A stretch of DNA of 32,000 bases, from the NCBI RefSeq assembly GCF_003966335.1, contig NZ_CP034549.1, positions 2,070,001 to 2,102,000 on the forward strand, read 5' to 3'. Positions 1 through 8,400 of this stretch are shown here, in pieces; positions within the stretch are counted from its first letter, which is position 1, and the number at the start of each line of letters is the position of its first letter. The translations under genes and the position numbers were made by a program. The DNA is from Nonlabens ponticola. GTDB lineage: Bacteria > Bacteroidota > Bacteroidia > Flavobacteriales > Flavobacteriaceae. The notes beneath the pieces were generated by a model. That model saw nothing but the letters and a program-made list of their open reading frames with translations, did not search any database and was not told the origin of the DNA.

Positions 1-2
1 TT

Positions 3-671
3 AATCAACAAGGTGGTCGTGGTACGGTATTACGCTTTCGCGAAAGCGTAACAACTATCAATACCTTAACAAGTAATGATCCTAAAACTAGTGCCATCAT
101 CCAGTCTCTATTGCGCACACACGGTGGCAGTACACAACAAGAAAACAGATTGAATATCGGTATGATTGCAACACGCAGTAATGTGACCGAAGATGAAGTT
201 GTAGCGTTGCTACAAGCACTAGAGGCTAAGGAACTTATTGATTTACAACTGGGGCAAAGTGATATGCAAGTAACCCTACTTCTCCCAAGAGATGATGATC
301 ACGCAGTTAGTAAATATGCACCGCTCATAAAGCAACAAAACCAAGTCAAAACGCAACAGTTGCAAGCAATGATGGCGTTATTGCAAGAAAACAAGAAATG
401 CTTGCAACAAATCATACTAGAATATTTTGATGAAAAGCATAGCACTCCATGCGGTACTTGTTCAAATTGCCTAAAACAAACCAAGTCTCAAAGTCCTAAA
501 AATATCTCTCTGCAAATTCTAAATATGTTGTCTGGAAAATGCCTAAGCGCACAGGAATTAGTTAACGCATTACATGTCAATCTAGAAGAAGTTCTTACAG
601 CTGTGAAAAGCCTAATGGAACAGCAAAAAATTACCATCACCTCTCATAATAAATACAAATTGAATGGATAA
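3..671 (+). CDS. RecQ-family DNA helicase, C-terminal fragment (5' end lies outside the window)
   Basis: Frame 3 is open from base 3 with no upstream stop. It carries a RecQ-type zinc-finger-like segment, CLQQIILEYFDEKHSTPCGTCSNCL. The ORF track start at 111 is an internal TTG. Confidence 0.6.
   Translation, partial: NQQGGRGTVLRFRESVTTINTLTSNDPKTSAIIQSLLRTHGGSTQQENRLNIGMIATRSNVTEDEVVALLQALEAKELIDLQLGQSDMQVTLLLPRDDDHAVSKYAPLIKQQNQVKTQQLQAMMALLQENKKCLQQIILEYFDEKHSTPCGTCSNCLKQTKSQSPKNISLQILNMLSGKCLSAQELVNALHVNLEEVLTAVKSLMEQQKITITSHNKYKLNG
30..51. repeat. palindrome copy 1: TTACGCTTTCGCGAAAGCGTAA (22 bp perfect, core 34-47)
   Basis: Read directly from the sequence. It lies inside the RecQ-like CDS, where the core region is read as R-F-R-E-S. 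Confidence 0.95.
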
Positions 672-1620
672 GAAATTGAAAATTGTCTTCTACGGTACGC
701 CAGAGTTTGCCACTGGTGTTCTAGAAACGCTACATAAGTCACCGCATGAGATAGTAGGTGTAGTTACCGCACCAGATAAGCCTGCTGGACGTGGTCGCAA
801 GATTCAGGAAAGTCATGTAAAACAGTATGCCGTGCAAAATAATTTGAACGTGCTGCAGCCTACTAATCTTAAAGCTCAAGAATTTCTGGACGACTTACAA
901 AGCCTTGAGGCAGATTTGCAAGTTGTCGTTGCCTTTAGAATGTTGCCTAAAGCTGTGTGGAGTATGCCGTCACGAGGAACTTTTAATTTGCACGCCAGCC
1001 TATTGCCTCAATATCGTGGAGCAGCACCTATTAACTGGGCAATCATCAATCAAGAGAAGGTTACTGGTGTTACAACCTTTTTTATTGATGAAAAAATAGA
1101 TACTGGAGCCATTATAGATCAAGAGAGCATTTCTATAGAGAAAGACGAGAATGTTGGTTCTTTATATAGTACGCTAATGCAATTGGGAGCTCAACTCACT
1201 CTCAAAACGGTAAATGCCATTGCCAAAGGCGATGTAAGCACTACCATTCAAAAGAATGCACAAGATCTTAAGGAAGCACCCAAACTAAATGCCAAAAACA
1301 CAACCATAGATTTTGAAAAATCAGCTAGAGAGGTTGATGCCTTGGTACGTGGCTTGAATCCCTATCCTGTCGCAAAGGCTAGTTTAATACAAGATGGAGA
1401 GCAGATGACAGTGAAAATTTTTGAAACGAGGATTATTGAAAAAGATCACCACATGACGGCTGGCAGCATCGTCATTGACGATAAGAGGATGATAGTTGCT
1501 TGTGAAGATAATTGGGTCGAGATCATCGAGATACAATTGCCCAATAAGAAACGAATGAAGATCGCTGATCTTCTTAACGGCTATTCATTCGCGCCGGATG
1601 CTAGATTTGGCAAGGCATAG
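664..1620 (+). CDS. fmt: methionyl-tRNA formyltransferase
   Basis: N-terminus KIVFYGTPEFA and the formyltransferase core HASLLPQYRGAAPINWAI. Length is 318 aa. The ATG overlaps the upstream stop by 8 nt. Confidence 0.93.
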   Translation: MDKKLKIVFYGTPEFATGVLETLHKSPHEIVGVVTAPDKPAGRGRKIQESHVKQYAVQNNLNVLQPTNLKAQEFLDDLQSLEADLQVVVAFRMLPKAVWSMPSRGTFNLHASLLPQYRGAAPINWAIINQEKVTGVTTFFIDEKIDTGAIIDQESISIEKDENVGSLYSTLMQLGAQLTLKTVNAIAKGDVSTTIQKNAQDLKEAPKLNAKNTTIDFEKSAREVDALVRGLNPYPVAKASLIQDGEQMTVKIFETRIIEKDHHMTAGSIVIDDKRMIVACEDNWVEIIEIQLPNKKRMKIADLLNGYSFAPDARFGKA

Positions 1621-1702
1621 CGATAAAATGATACGAACGCCAATGAGTTATTAACAATTGTTCGTGTTTATGAACATTTTATCGGTTTTATTGCTGTAAT
1701 CC

Positions 1703-1732
1703 TTGTGTGGTAGCATAATTCGGATAAATTTG
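1703..1732 (+). promoter_or_regulatory. Bacteroidota-type promoter candidate for hup
   Basis: TTG at 1703-1705, a 19-nt spacer, then TAAATTTG at 1725-1732, which matches TAnnTTTG. It lies about 40 nt upstream of the hup ATG. Confidence 0.4.
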
Positions 1733-1773
1733 TTTCACATTTTAGTTTAACCAACATTAATTTAAACTCCGTT

Positions 1774-2046
1774 ATGAACAAAACAGATTTAATTGAAGCA
1801 ATGGCAGAAGATGCTGGCGTTTCAAAAGCAGCAGCAAAAAAAGCACTAGAGTCATTTCTAGGAAACGTTGAAAAGAGCCTTAAAAAAGGTGACCGTGTAT
1901 CTCTAGTAGGATTTGGTTCTTTTTCAGTTTCTAAAAGAGCAGCTCGTGAAGGTAGAAACCCACAAACTGGTAAGACGATCAAGATCGCTGCTAAGAAAGT
2001 AGTAAAATTCAAAGCAGGTAGCGATTTACAGAAAGCTGTAAACTAG
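1774..2046 (+). CDS. hup: HU family DNA-binding protein
   Basis: A 90-aa protein with MNKTDLIEAMA...GFGSFSVSKRAAREGRNPQTGKTIKI, the typical HU/IHF arm. Confidence 0.95.
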   Translation: MNKTDLIEAMAEDAGVSKAAAKKALESFLGNVEKSLKKGDRVSLVGFGSFSVSKRAAREGRNPQTGKTIKIAAKKVVKFKAGSDLQKAVN

Positions 2047-2066
2047 TCTCACTAGCTTAAAGATTT

Positions 2067-2095
2067 AAACCCGCTTTTTAAAGCGGGTTTTTTTA
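2067..2095 (+). terminator. rho-independent terminator after hup
   Basis: Hairpin CCCGCTTT-tt-AAAGCGGG followed by a run of seven T. Confidence 0.8.
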
Positions 2096-2166
2096 TACCT
2101 AAGTGACAAAATTAAAAGTTTTGTTAATGTTGAAAAATAGTGTATGTTTAAACAAGGCTAATAAGC

Positions 2167-2727
2167 ATGGAAACGATCAAACCACAAAAAGGTAAACTAC
2201 TGGTTGCTGAACCTAGCATCATAGGCGATGAATCTTTCTCGAGATCTGTGGTCTTACTAACGGAGTTTAATCAGGAAGGCATCGTTGGTTTCATTGTCAA
2301 CAAGCCGCTTGATTACACATTAAGTGAATTATTACCTGAGGTTGATTGTGATTTTGAAGTCTACAACGGCGGCCCGGTAAGTACAGACAACCTTTACTTC
2401 TTGCATACGGTTCCAGATCTTATTCCAGGCTCCCATCATATACAGGATGGCATATTTTGGGGTGGTGATTTTAAAACAGTTTCACAGCTTATCAATGACA
2501 ATAAGCTTGATCACAATGACATAAAGTTCTTCTTAGGTTACACTGGTTGGGCAAGCTTGCAATTAGAACAAGAACTTAAACTCAAATCATGGGTTGTGAT
2601 TGACAATGAGGACCATGAGAACATCTTGTCAGACAAGATGCACGACATCTGGAAAGTTAAGATGCGTGATCTAGGCGATGGCTATGAAATCTGGTCAAAC
2701 GCTCCAGAAAATCCTGCCTACAATTAA
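2167..2727 (+). CDS. YqgE/AlgH family protein (UPF0301)
   Basis: GKLLVAEPSI..FSRSVVLLTEF...G.VGFIVNKP is the family signature. Length is 186 aa. Confidence 0.8.
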   Translation: METIKPQKGKLLVAEPSIIGDESFSRSVVLLTEFNQEGIVGFIVNKPLDYTLSELLPEVDCDFEVYNGGPVSTDNLYFLHTVPDLIPGSHHIQDGIFWGGDFKTVSQLINDNKLDHNDIKFFLGYTGWASLQLEQELKLKSWVVIDNEDHENILSDKMHDIWKVKMRDLGDGYEIWSNAPENPAYN

Positions 2728-3560
2728 CACAATAGTTTCTCGTTGAAATACTCGCGCAATTCTTGTGCGGCTTCTTGAGTATAGCTTTTCTTTCTATACT
2801 TAGTAATACTTTTTATTCCTTGAATAGAATTAGTAAAGAATAGCTCATCAGCTCGTTGTAACTCAAACGGTGTGATACTTTCCTCCTTAAATTCATAGCT
2901 CATCATGCGCTTTATTTGAGTAAGTACTTGCTCTCTCATGATGCCGTTGAGACAACCGTCTGATAACGGTGGTGTTTTAATGATGTTTCCTTGTCGCAGG
3001 AATAGATTTCCTGATATACATTCTGCCACCATCTTGTTATCATTAAGTAATAACATATCCTGGTAGTCATTCTCTTCTGCAAAAATACCAGCGAGTATGT
3101 TGACGGTTTTGGTAGTCGTCTTAAGATTAGTTAATAAGCTGGCCTGTACATAGAAATCTTTGAAGAGTTCAACCTCATAATTCGTGGAATCAGTAAAAAC
3201 TTGATCAAGAGTAGATAATTCCATACTCCATTGCACATTATTATCAGTAGGCGTATAATATCCGCCTTGTTTGCGCCATACGGTAATGCGTATCCTGCTG
3301 TGATCTAATGACGATGATTGCTGGTTGTGTAATAAATCTATTTGCTCTTTAAAAAACTCAAGCGTGAAATTATCAGGTATTTCCATACGCAGCATGCGCA
3401 TTGATGACATGAGCCTAAAGTAATGCGACTCAAGAAATATAGGAGCCGTTTTAAAACAGCGTATTGTTTCAAACAATCCATCACCGTAGTAGGTACCACG
3501 ATTGTTGTATGAGATTGTCGCATCGTTTTGTGCTACTAAGTTGCCGTTCAATAAGATCAT
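2724..3560 (-). CDS. class IV aminotransferase / aminodeoxychorismate lyase-like protein
   Basis: N-terminal segment ...RGTYYGDGLFETIRC, typical of fold-type IV PLP enzymes. Length is 278 aa. Its stop overlaps the stop of the convergent gene within TTAA. Confidence 0.7.
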   Translation of the reverse strand: MILLNGNLVAQNDATISYNNRGTYYGDGLFETIRCFKTAPIFLESHYFRLMSSMRMLRMEIPDNFTLEFFKEQIDLLHNQQSSSLDHSRIRITVWRKQGGYYTPTDNNVQWSMELSTLDQVFTDSTNYEVELFKDFYVQASLLTNLKTTTKTVNILAGIFAEENDYQDMLLLNDNKMVAECISGNLFLRQGNIIKTPPLSDGCLNGIMREQVLTQIKRMMSYEFKEESITPFELQRADELFFTNSIQGIKSITKYRKKSYTQEAAQELREYFNEKLLC

Positions 3561-3585
3561 AAAAAAAGCCCTGAATTACAGGGCT
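3561..3585 (-). terminator. hairpin plus U-tract downstream of the START-like gene, abutting the next ATG
   Basis: The minus strand reads AGCCCTG-taatt-CAGGGCT, then TTTTTTT, then ATG at 3560 with no spacer. Confidence 0.65.
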
Positions 3586-3609
3586 TAAAATTACAGCTTA
3601 TGTAAGTGT

Positions 3610-3999
3610 TTATCTAGATCCTAGAATCTTTTTTAGTCCACTTATCTGGTTTTCCCAGAACATTTTTTGCTCCTCAACTTCATCCTCATCATCACCAAAG
3701 TCAGTGATCATCAAGGAAACATCTTTGGTGATATCATCTACCTCAATGCGCAATTCAAAAAACTTTTTGGTATCCTCGTCATAATCCCATTGGAATCTTG
3801 CACGTTCCTCGCCTACACGTTTGATAATTTTGGCTTTTTCTTCTTGCCCATCCCATATAAAACGGAAGTACTCACCGCGGCTATTAACATTGTCAGCAAA
3901 CCACTCAGACATTCCAGATGGTGTGGCTATATATTGATACAATAGAGATGGCGATACTTGGACCACAAACTCCATTTCAAACTTTATTGGATCTTGCAT
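3610..3999 (-). CDS. START-like / SRPBCC (AHSA1-like) domain protein
   Basis: A 129-aa acidic protein. The pattern SPSLLYQYI.TPSGMSEWFAD resembles Bacteroidota START-like domain proteins. Confidence 0.55.
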   Translation of the reverse strand: MQDPIKFEMEFVVQVSPSLLYQYIATPSGMSEWFADNVNSRGEYFRFIWDGQEEKAKIIKRVGEERARFQWDYDEDTKKFFELRIEVDDITKDVSLMITDFGDDEDEVEEQKMFWENQISGLKKILGSR

Positions 4000-4080
4000 T
4001 TAAATTTACTTTGACGGCAATATACTGTATTACACTTAAGAGTTGAAAGTAATAATCATGAAAATTTAAGTGCAAGGCAT

Positions 4081-4112
4081 TTGGTCACCATATCAAATTA
4101 AAGTTATATTTG
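4081..4112 (+). promoter_or_regulatory. promoter candidate for the tRNA gene
   Basis: TTG at 4081-4083, a 21-nt spacer, then TATATTTG at 4105-4112 (TAnnTTTG). It lies about 34 nt upstream of the tRNA 5' end. Confidence 0.35.
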
Positions 4113-4145
4113 CACCCGCTTAAATGCTTGTGTGTTTAAGCCTCT

Positions 4146-4219
<74 letters not shown>

Positions 4220-4223
4220 CTTA

Positions 4224-4254
4224 AAACCTCTATCAATTTGATAGAGGTTTTTTA
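4224..4254. terminator. bidirectional terminator hairpin between the tRNA and the LacI-family gene
   Basis: A stem of about 11 bp, AACCTCTATCA-att-TGATAGAGGTT, followed by a T run on the + strand and TTTT on the - strand. It lies next to the LacI stop codon. Confidence 0.75.
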
Positions 4255-5256
4255 TTTTCTGGTAGTTCCTCTCTCTAGTAAAGAAGTCTTGAGCGTATGA
4301 ATGCGTGTCACTTTGATATCATCTTCATTATCAATGAGATTGCGCATTCTTATAAATGCCTTATTTCCCAATTCACGAGCGTGCTGATCAATTACCGTCA
4401 TTTTAGGATAAGAATATCGTGATAAAATACCATTAGAATATCCTATGATCTGTAGATCCTGAGGTATGGCAATATTGAGTTCATTAGCTTTATTTAATGC
4501 AATGATTGCTGCTGCTTGATCAAGCGCTATCACAGCGTCAATACCATCATAGCGCAACGCATCTTCCATGCGTTTCTCAAATTGAGCCTCTTCGGTAGAA
4601 GTTATTACATTGAGGATGACATCCTCATGGGATTCCATCGCCTTGCGCACGCCTTGTTCTCGCAACTGCCCTACATTGATCTGACTTATGGAGCTGGCCA
4701 TACAAATGTGCTTATCACCACGATCTACTAGGAACTCTACCGCACGAGCTGCGGATAGAACGTCATCAACCACAATCTTATCACATTCTACGTCATCGAT
4801 ACTGCGGTCAAACATCACCATAGGTATGTTTTTATCGACCACTCGTTGTAAATGAGTAATTTGATTACTTGTTTGAGTTTCTTTGGCTGCTGCGATGATT
4901 ATTCCATCAATACTGTTATCATCCAGTACATCAAGATATGCTACCTCCTTATCCAGCGACTCATTGGTAAGACAAGTGATGACTTTATAATTATGTTGAG
5001 TAGCTACTTCTTCTATACCTGTTAGGACTTGTGCAAAAAAGTCATTAATCACGTCAGGAATGACTACGGCGACGATTTTGTTCGTCTTAGGATTGACAAC
5101 GGTACCTTTGTAACCCAACCTTTTGGCTGCTTCTATTACGAGCAGTTTAGTCTCTTCACTAATCTCATCGCTATCCTTGAGCGATTTTGAGATAGTTGAT
5201 ATAGACAGTCCTACTTCTTTTGCTAGTACGTTCAGGGTGACTTTGTTACGTTTCAA
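4252..5256 (-). CDS. LacI family transcriptional regulator
   Basis: N-terminal HTH VTLNVLAKEVGLSISTISKSLKD followed by a periplasmic-binding-protein-like sugar-binding fold. Length is 334 aa. The start appears to be TTG, and an in-frame stop lies 9 codons upstream. Confidence 0.88.
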   Translation of the reverse strand: MKRNKVTLNVLAKEVGLSISTISKSLKDSDEISEETKLLVIEAAKRLGYKGTVVNPKTNKIVAVVIPDVINDFFAQVLTGIEEVATQHNYKVITCLTNESLDKEVAYLDVLDDNSIDGIIIAAAKETQTSNQITHLQRVVDKNIPMVMFDRSIDDVECDKIVVDDVLSAARAVEFLVDRGDKHICMASSISQINVGQLREQGVRKAMESHEDVILNVITSTEEAQFEKRMEDALRYDGIDAVIALDQAAAIIALNKANELNIAIPQDLQIIGYSNGILSRYSYPKMTVIDQHARELGNKAFIRMRNLIDNEDDIKVTRIHTLKTSLLERGTTRK

Positions 5257-5310
5257 GAATGTCGTTTTAATGGTAAAGGTAACTCATGATTGTTCAAGTG
5301 AAAGTTGTGA

Positions 5311-5332
5311 TTACGCTTTCGCGAAAGCATAA
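5311..5332. repeat. palindrome copy 2: TTACGCTTTCGCGAAAGCATAA (core 5315-5328, one mismatched pair in the arms)
   Basis: Read directly. It is intergenic, in the divergent region between the LacI gene and the giant T9SS-protein gene. Confidence 0.95.
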
Positions 5333-5458
5333 TAATTATAAATAAAAATCTTAAAACATCGTTTAAAAGCGTTTTCATATCGTTTAAATACATAATAATA
5401 GGTTAATTACCGTTTATTAGGATGAAATACACTAGGTTTATATCAGAAGTGTACGATT

Positions 5459-8400
5459 ATGAAACTTATTACTCTACAAAAATTTACGATCGCTCTACTT
5501 TTCTTAAGTCTTTCTCTATCAGGACAAACCAGTTATGTTGAGGTAGAAGCATTCTTTGAAAATGGCGATAGTTTTCAAGCTGCACAAATATTTGACAGCG
5601 CTGGCAACGTTGTTCTCACAGTATGTGATGATGCTAATTGCTACGACGGCACCACCCAAAATAATTATAGCATTGCTGGAAACATAGGTTGTATCGCAAA
5701 CGGCACCTATACATTGAGAACATATGACCGTAGTCCGGATGGCAACTGGAATGGAAATTCTTTTTTCAGGATCGTTGTTGCAGGCGTTGAGGTAGTCAAT
5801 AGATCTCATACCAGCGGTACACAAACACAGGACAATACCTTTAGCATTTCAGGAGGCGGCACACAGTGTGCAGCTGATATTAATATTCAAGGCGCCGGAA
5901 ACGATATTATAGATGGTGATACTACACCATCTATCAATGATGGCACTGACCATGGTAACGTTACTGTTTCTCAAACAAGTACCAAGACATTTATCGTACA
6001 GAATACAGGTACTAATGACCTCAATCTAAATAGTGGCACTCCGGTACAAATTTCGGGAGCGGACGCTGCGGACTTTAGTATTACCTCACTACCTGCTTCT
6101 ACAATCTCTGGTGGTGGAAACAGTACTTTTGAGATTACCTATACGGCACGTAGTACGGCACCATACACAAGTAATGCGACTGTTACAATCGCCAACAATG
6201 ATCCTGATGAAGGATCCTACTCTTTTAATATCTCAGGTAATACCACTCGTGATTTATCCAATTTCCCACTTACAAACATCGCTTATTACAATTTTGAAAC
6301 AAATCTAGTAGGATGGACTACCGCTGGTACAAATCTGACTTGGGTAGTAGGAAGAAACGCAGAGAAAGGTGAAGGCGATTATGCCTACACCAGCAACTTT
6401 AACGATTACCCTAGTAATTCAAGCGCTTATTTAATCTCACCAATTATTAGCACCGTAGGATTTGATAATCTAGAACTGTCGCTGGACTTTTTCACGAACA
6501 CCGCAGACGCTGAAGACGGCATGCGTGTAGAATATAGTCCCGATGGCGGCGCAAGCTGGTTTGTTTTGGGTAGCACAACTTCGGGATCTAATTGGTATGA
6601 TACCACAACAGTTACTGGAATAAGCGCGACGGCAAATGCCTGGACTGGATTAAGTAGTACACTAGATTCATCAATTAGTAGATTTGAAACTGGGAAGCAT
6701 GAGCTGCCTGCTACCCTAGAAAATAATCCTAATGTTCAAATAAGAGTTCTATTTGCCGCTAATGGATCGGGAAACAGCGATGGTGTAGCTGTTGACAATA
6801 TGATTGTCTCTGGACGACCACTAACTTATAGCGCACCTCTGGTTGGTCCGGCAAATGAAACCTCTCAACTATCCTTATGGCTAGATGCATCAACTCTAAG
6901 TGCTGCAAATGGCAGTAAACTAACTCAATGGGATGATCAGGCCGAAAACAATAACGCAGCCGAAACTACCGCAAATGCACCTACATACACTGATAATGTC
7001 AATGACAATGTAAACTTTAATCCTGCGGTAACCTTTGATAGAAGTCAAGGGCAACACATGAGAGGCTCCGGTGGTTTCAATTCTCAAGATTACTGGATTG
7101 TCGTGCGCAGTACGCTAGACATATCAAATGAACTAGCTGATGAGACATTGCTGCTAGGTTCCAAATACTCTGTAGATAACTCTTCAAATGATCCATCAGG
7201 ACTAGGTTGGGGAACGGTATCTATACGTTATGACGATGAAGTGCTGGCTCACAGTATTGATCCTGTTTCTCAATCTGACGTGAACACACCTAGTTATGGT
7301 CGCGCCTTTACCGATGCCAGTAGAAGATTTGATGATGTCAACATTATCAATGTAAAAACCAACGCTGCTGGAACCCAGACAGAGCTTTATATCAATGGTC
7401 GTCGTGTGGACAACACAACAGGCCAAACAACGCAAAGCTTTGAGCAACTCTTGTTCAATGAATTTACCAACACACCATATTATTTAGGTGTAGGTCGCTA
7501 TACATTAACTGGACTACCCTTTGAAAGTCATCTTGATGGTCAAATTACTGAAGTTATCAGTTTTAGGGATTCAAGATCTGCGGCAGCTCAGCAAAAGATT
7601 TTCTCTTACCTCGCTATAAAAAACGGAGTGTCATTACACAATCCTAATAGTGCCTTGACTATAGACGATCATATAGCCAATTGGGATTACGTAAACTCTG
7701 ATAACACTGTGATTTGGGATGCAAGCGCAAATACAACTCACAATTATGACGTTGCAGCAATAGGTCGCGATGATGTCCTAGGATTAGAGCAAAAACAATC
7801 GCAGAGTGAGAATAGCACGAGCATACTTTCCATCGGACTAGTTAATGTTACTGATCTAGGAACACAAAATTCTAATGCTTTTTTAAGCGACAAACAGTTT
7901 TTGATTTGGGGTCATGATAATGGTTCATTGGCAAAGAGCCCTGCAGATATCAATCATACCGTGGGAACTACAATATCCGTACCTACACAAATGACTAGAA
8001 TTAATAGATCCTGGAAGATTCATGAAGTAGGTTCTGGCGATATAGAAGTTGCAGAAGTTAGGGTGCCAACATCAGCGTTTGCATCGCTGGGTGCGATAAG
8101 TGGCGATCAAGAAAGAGTTTTGATCATTGCAGACGATGCTAATTTCACTAGCAACGTTAGAACAGTATTTTTTAAGACGGATGGGATTTATGAGCGAGTA
8201 AAAGTCGATATCGATGGTGTCAAATACTTTACACTTGGTAAGGCAGATGTGGTTTATTCTGCACAAGGGCTTGAATTTGATGGTATAGATGACTATGTAG
8301 AGATTCTAGGTGGTAACGATATATCTACCTCATTTACGGTAAGCTCTTGGGTAAAAAGCACTGGTTCCAATAACACTAATAGTGTCAAAACGATCGTAGC

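Noticed and set aside
5123-5332. A 69-aa ORF ending in ...DYAFAKA across palindrome copy 2
   Set aside because: Most of it is antisense to the LacI gene N-terminus. The AFAKA ending is simply the palindrome read in phase 1. There is no independent coding evidence.
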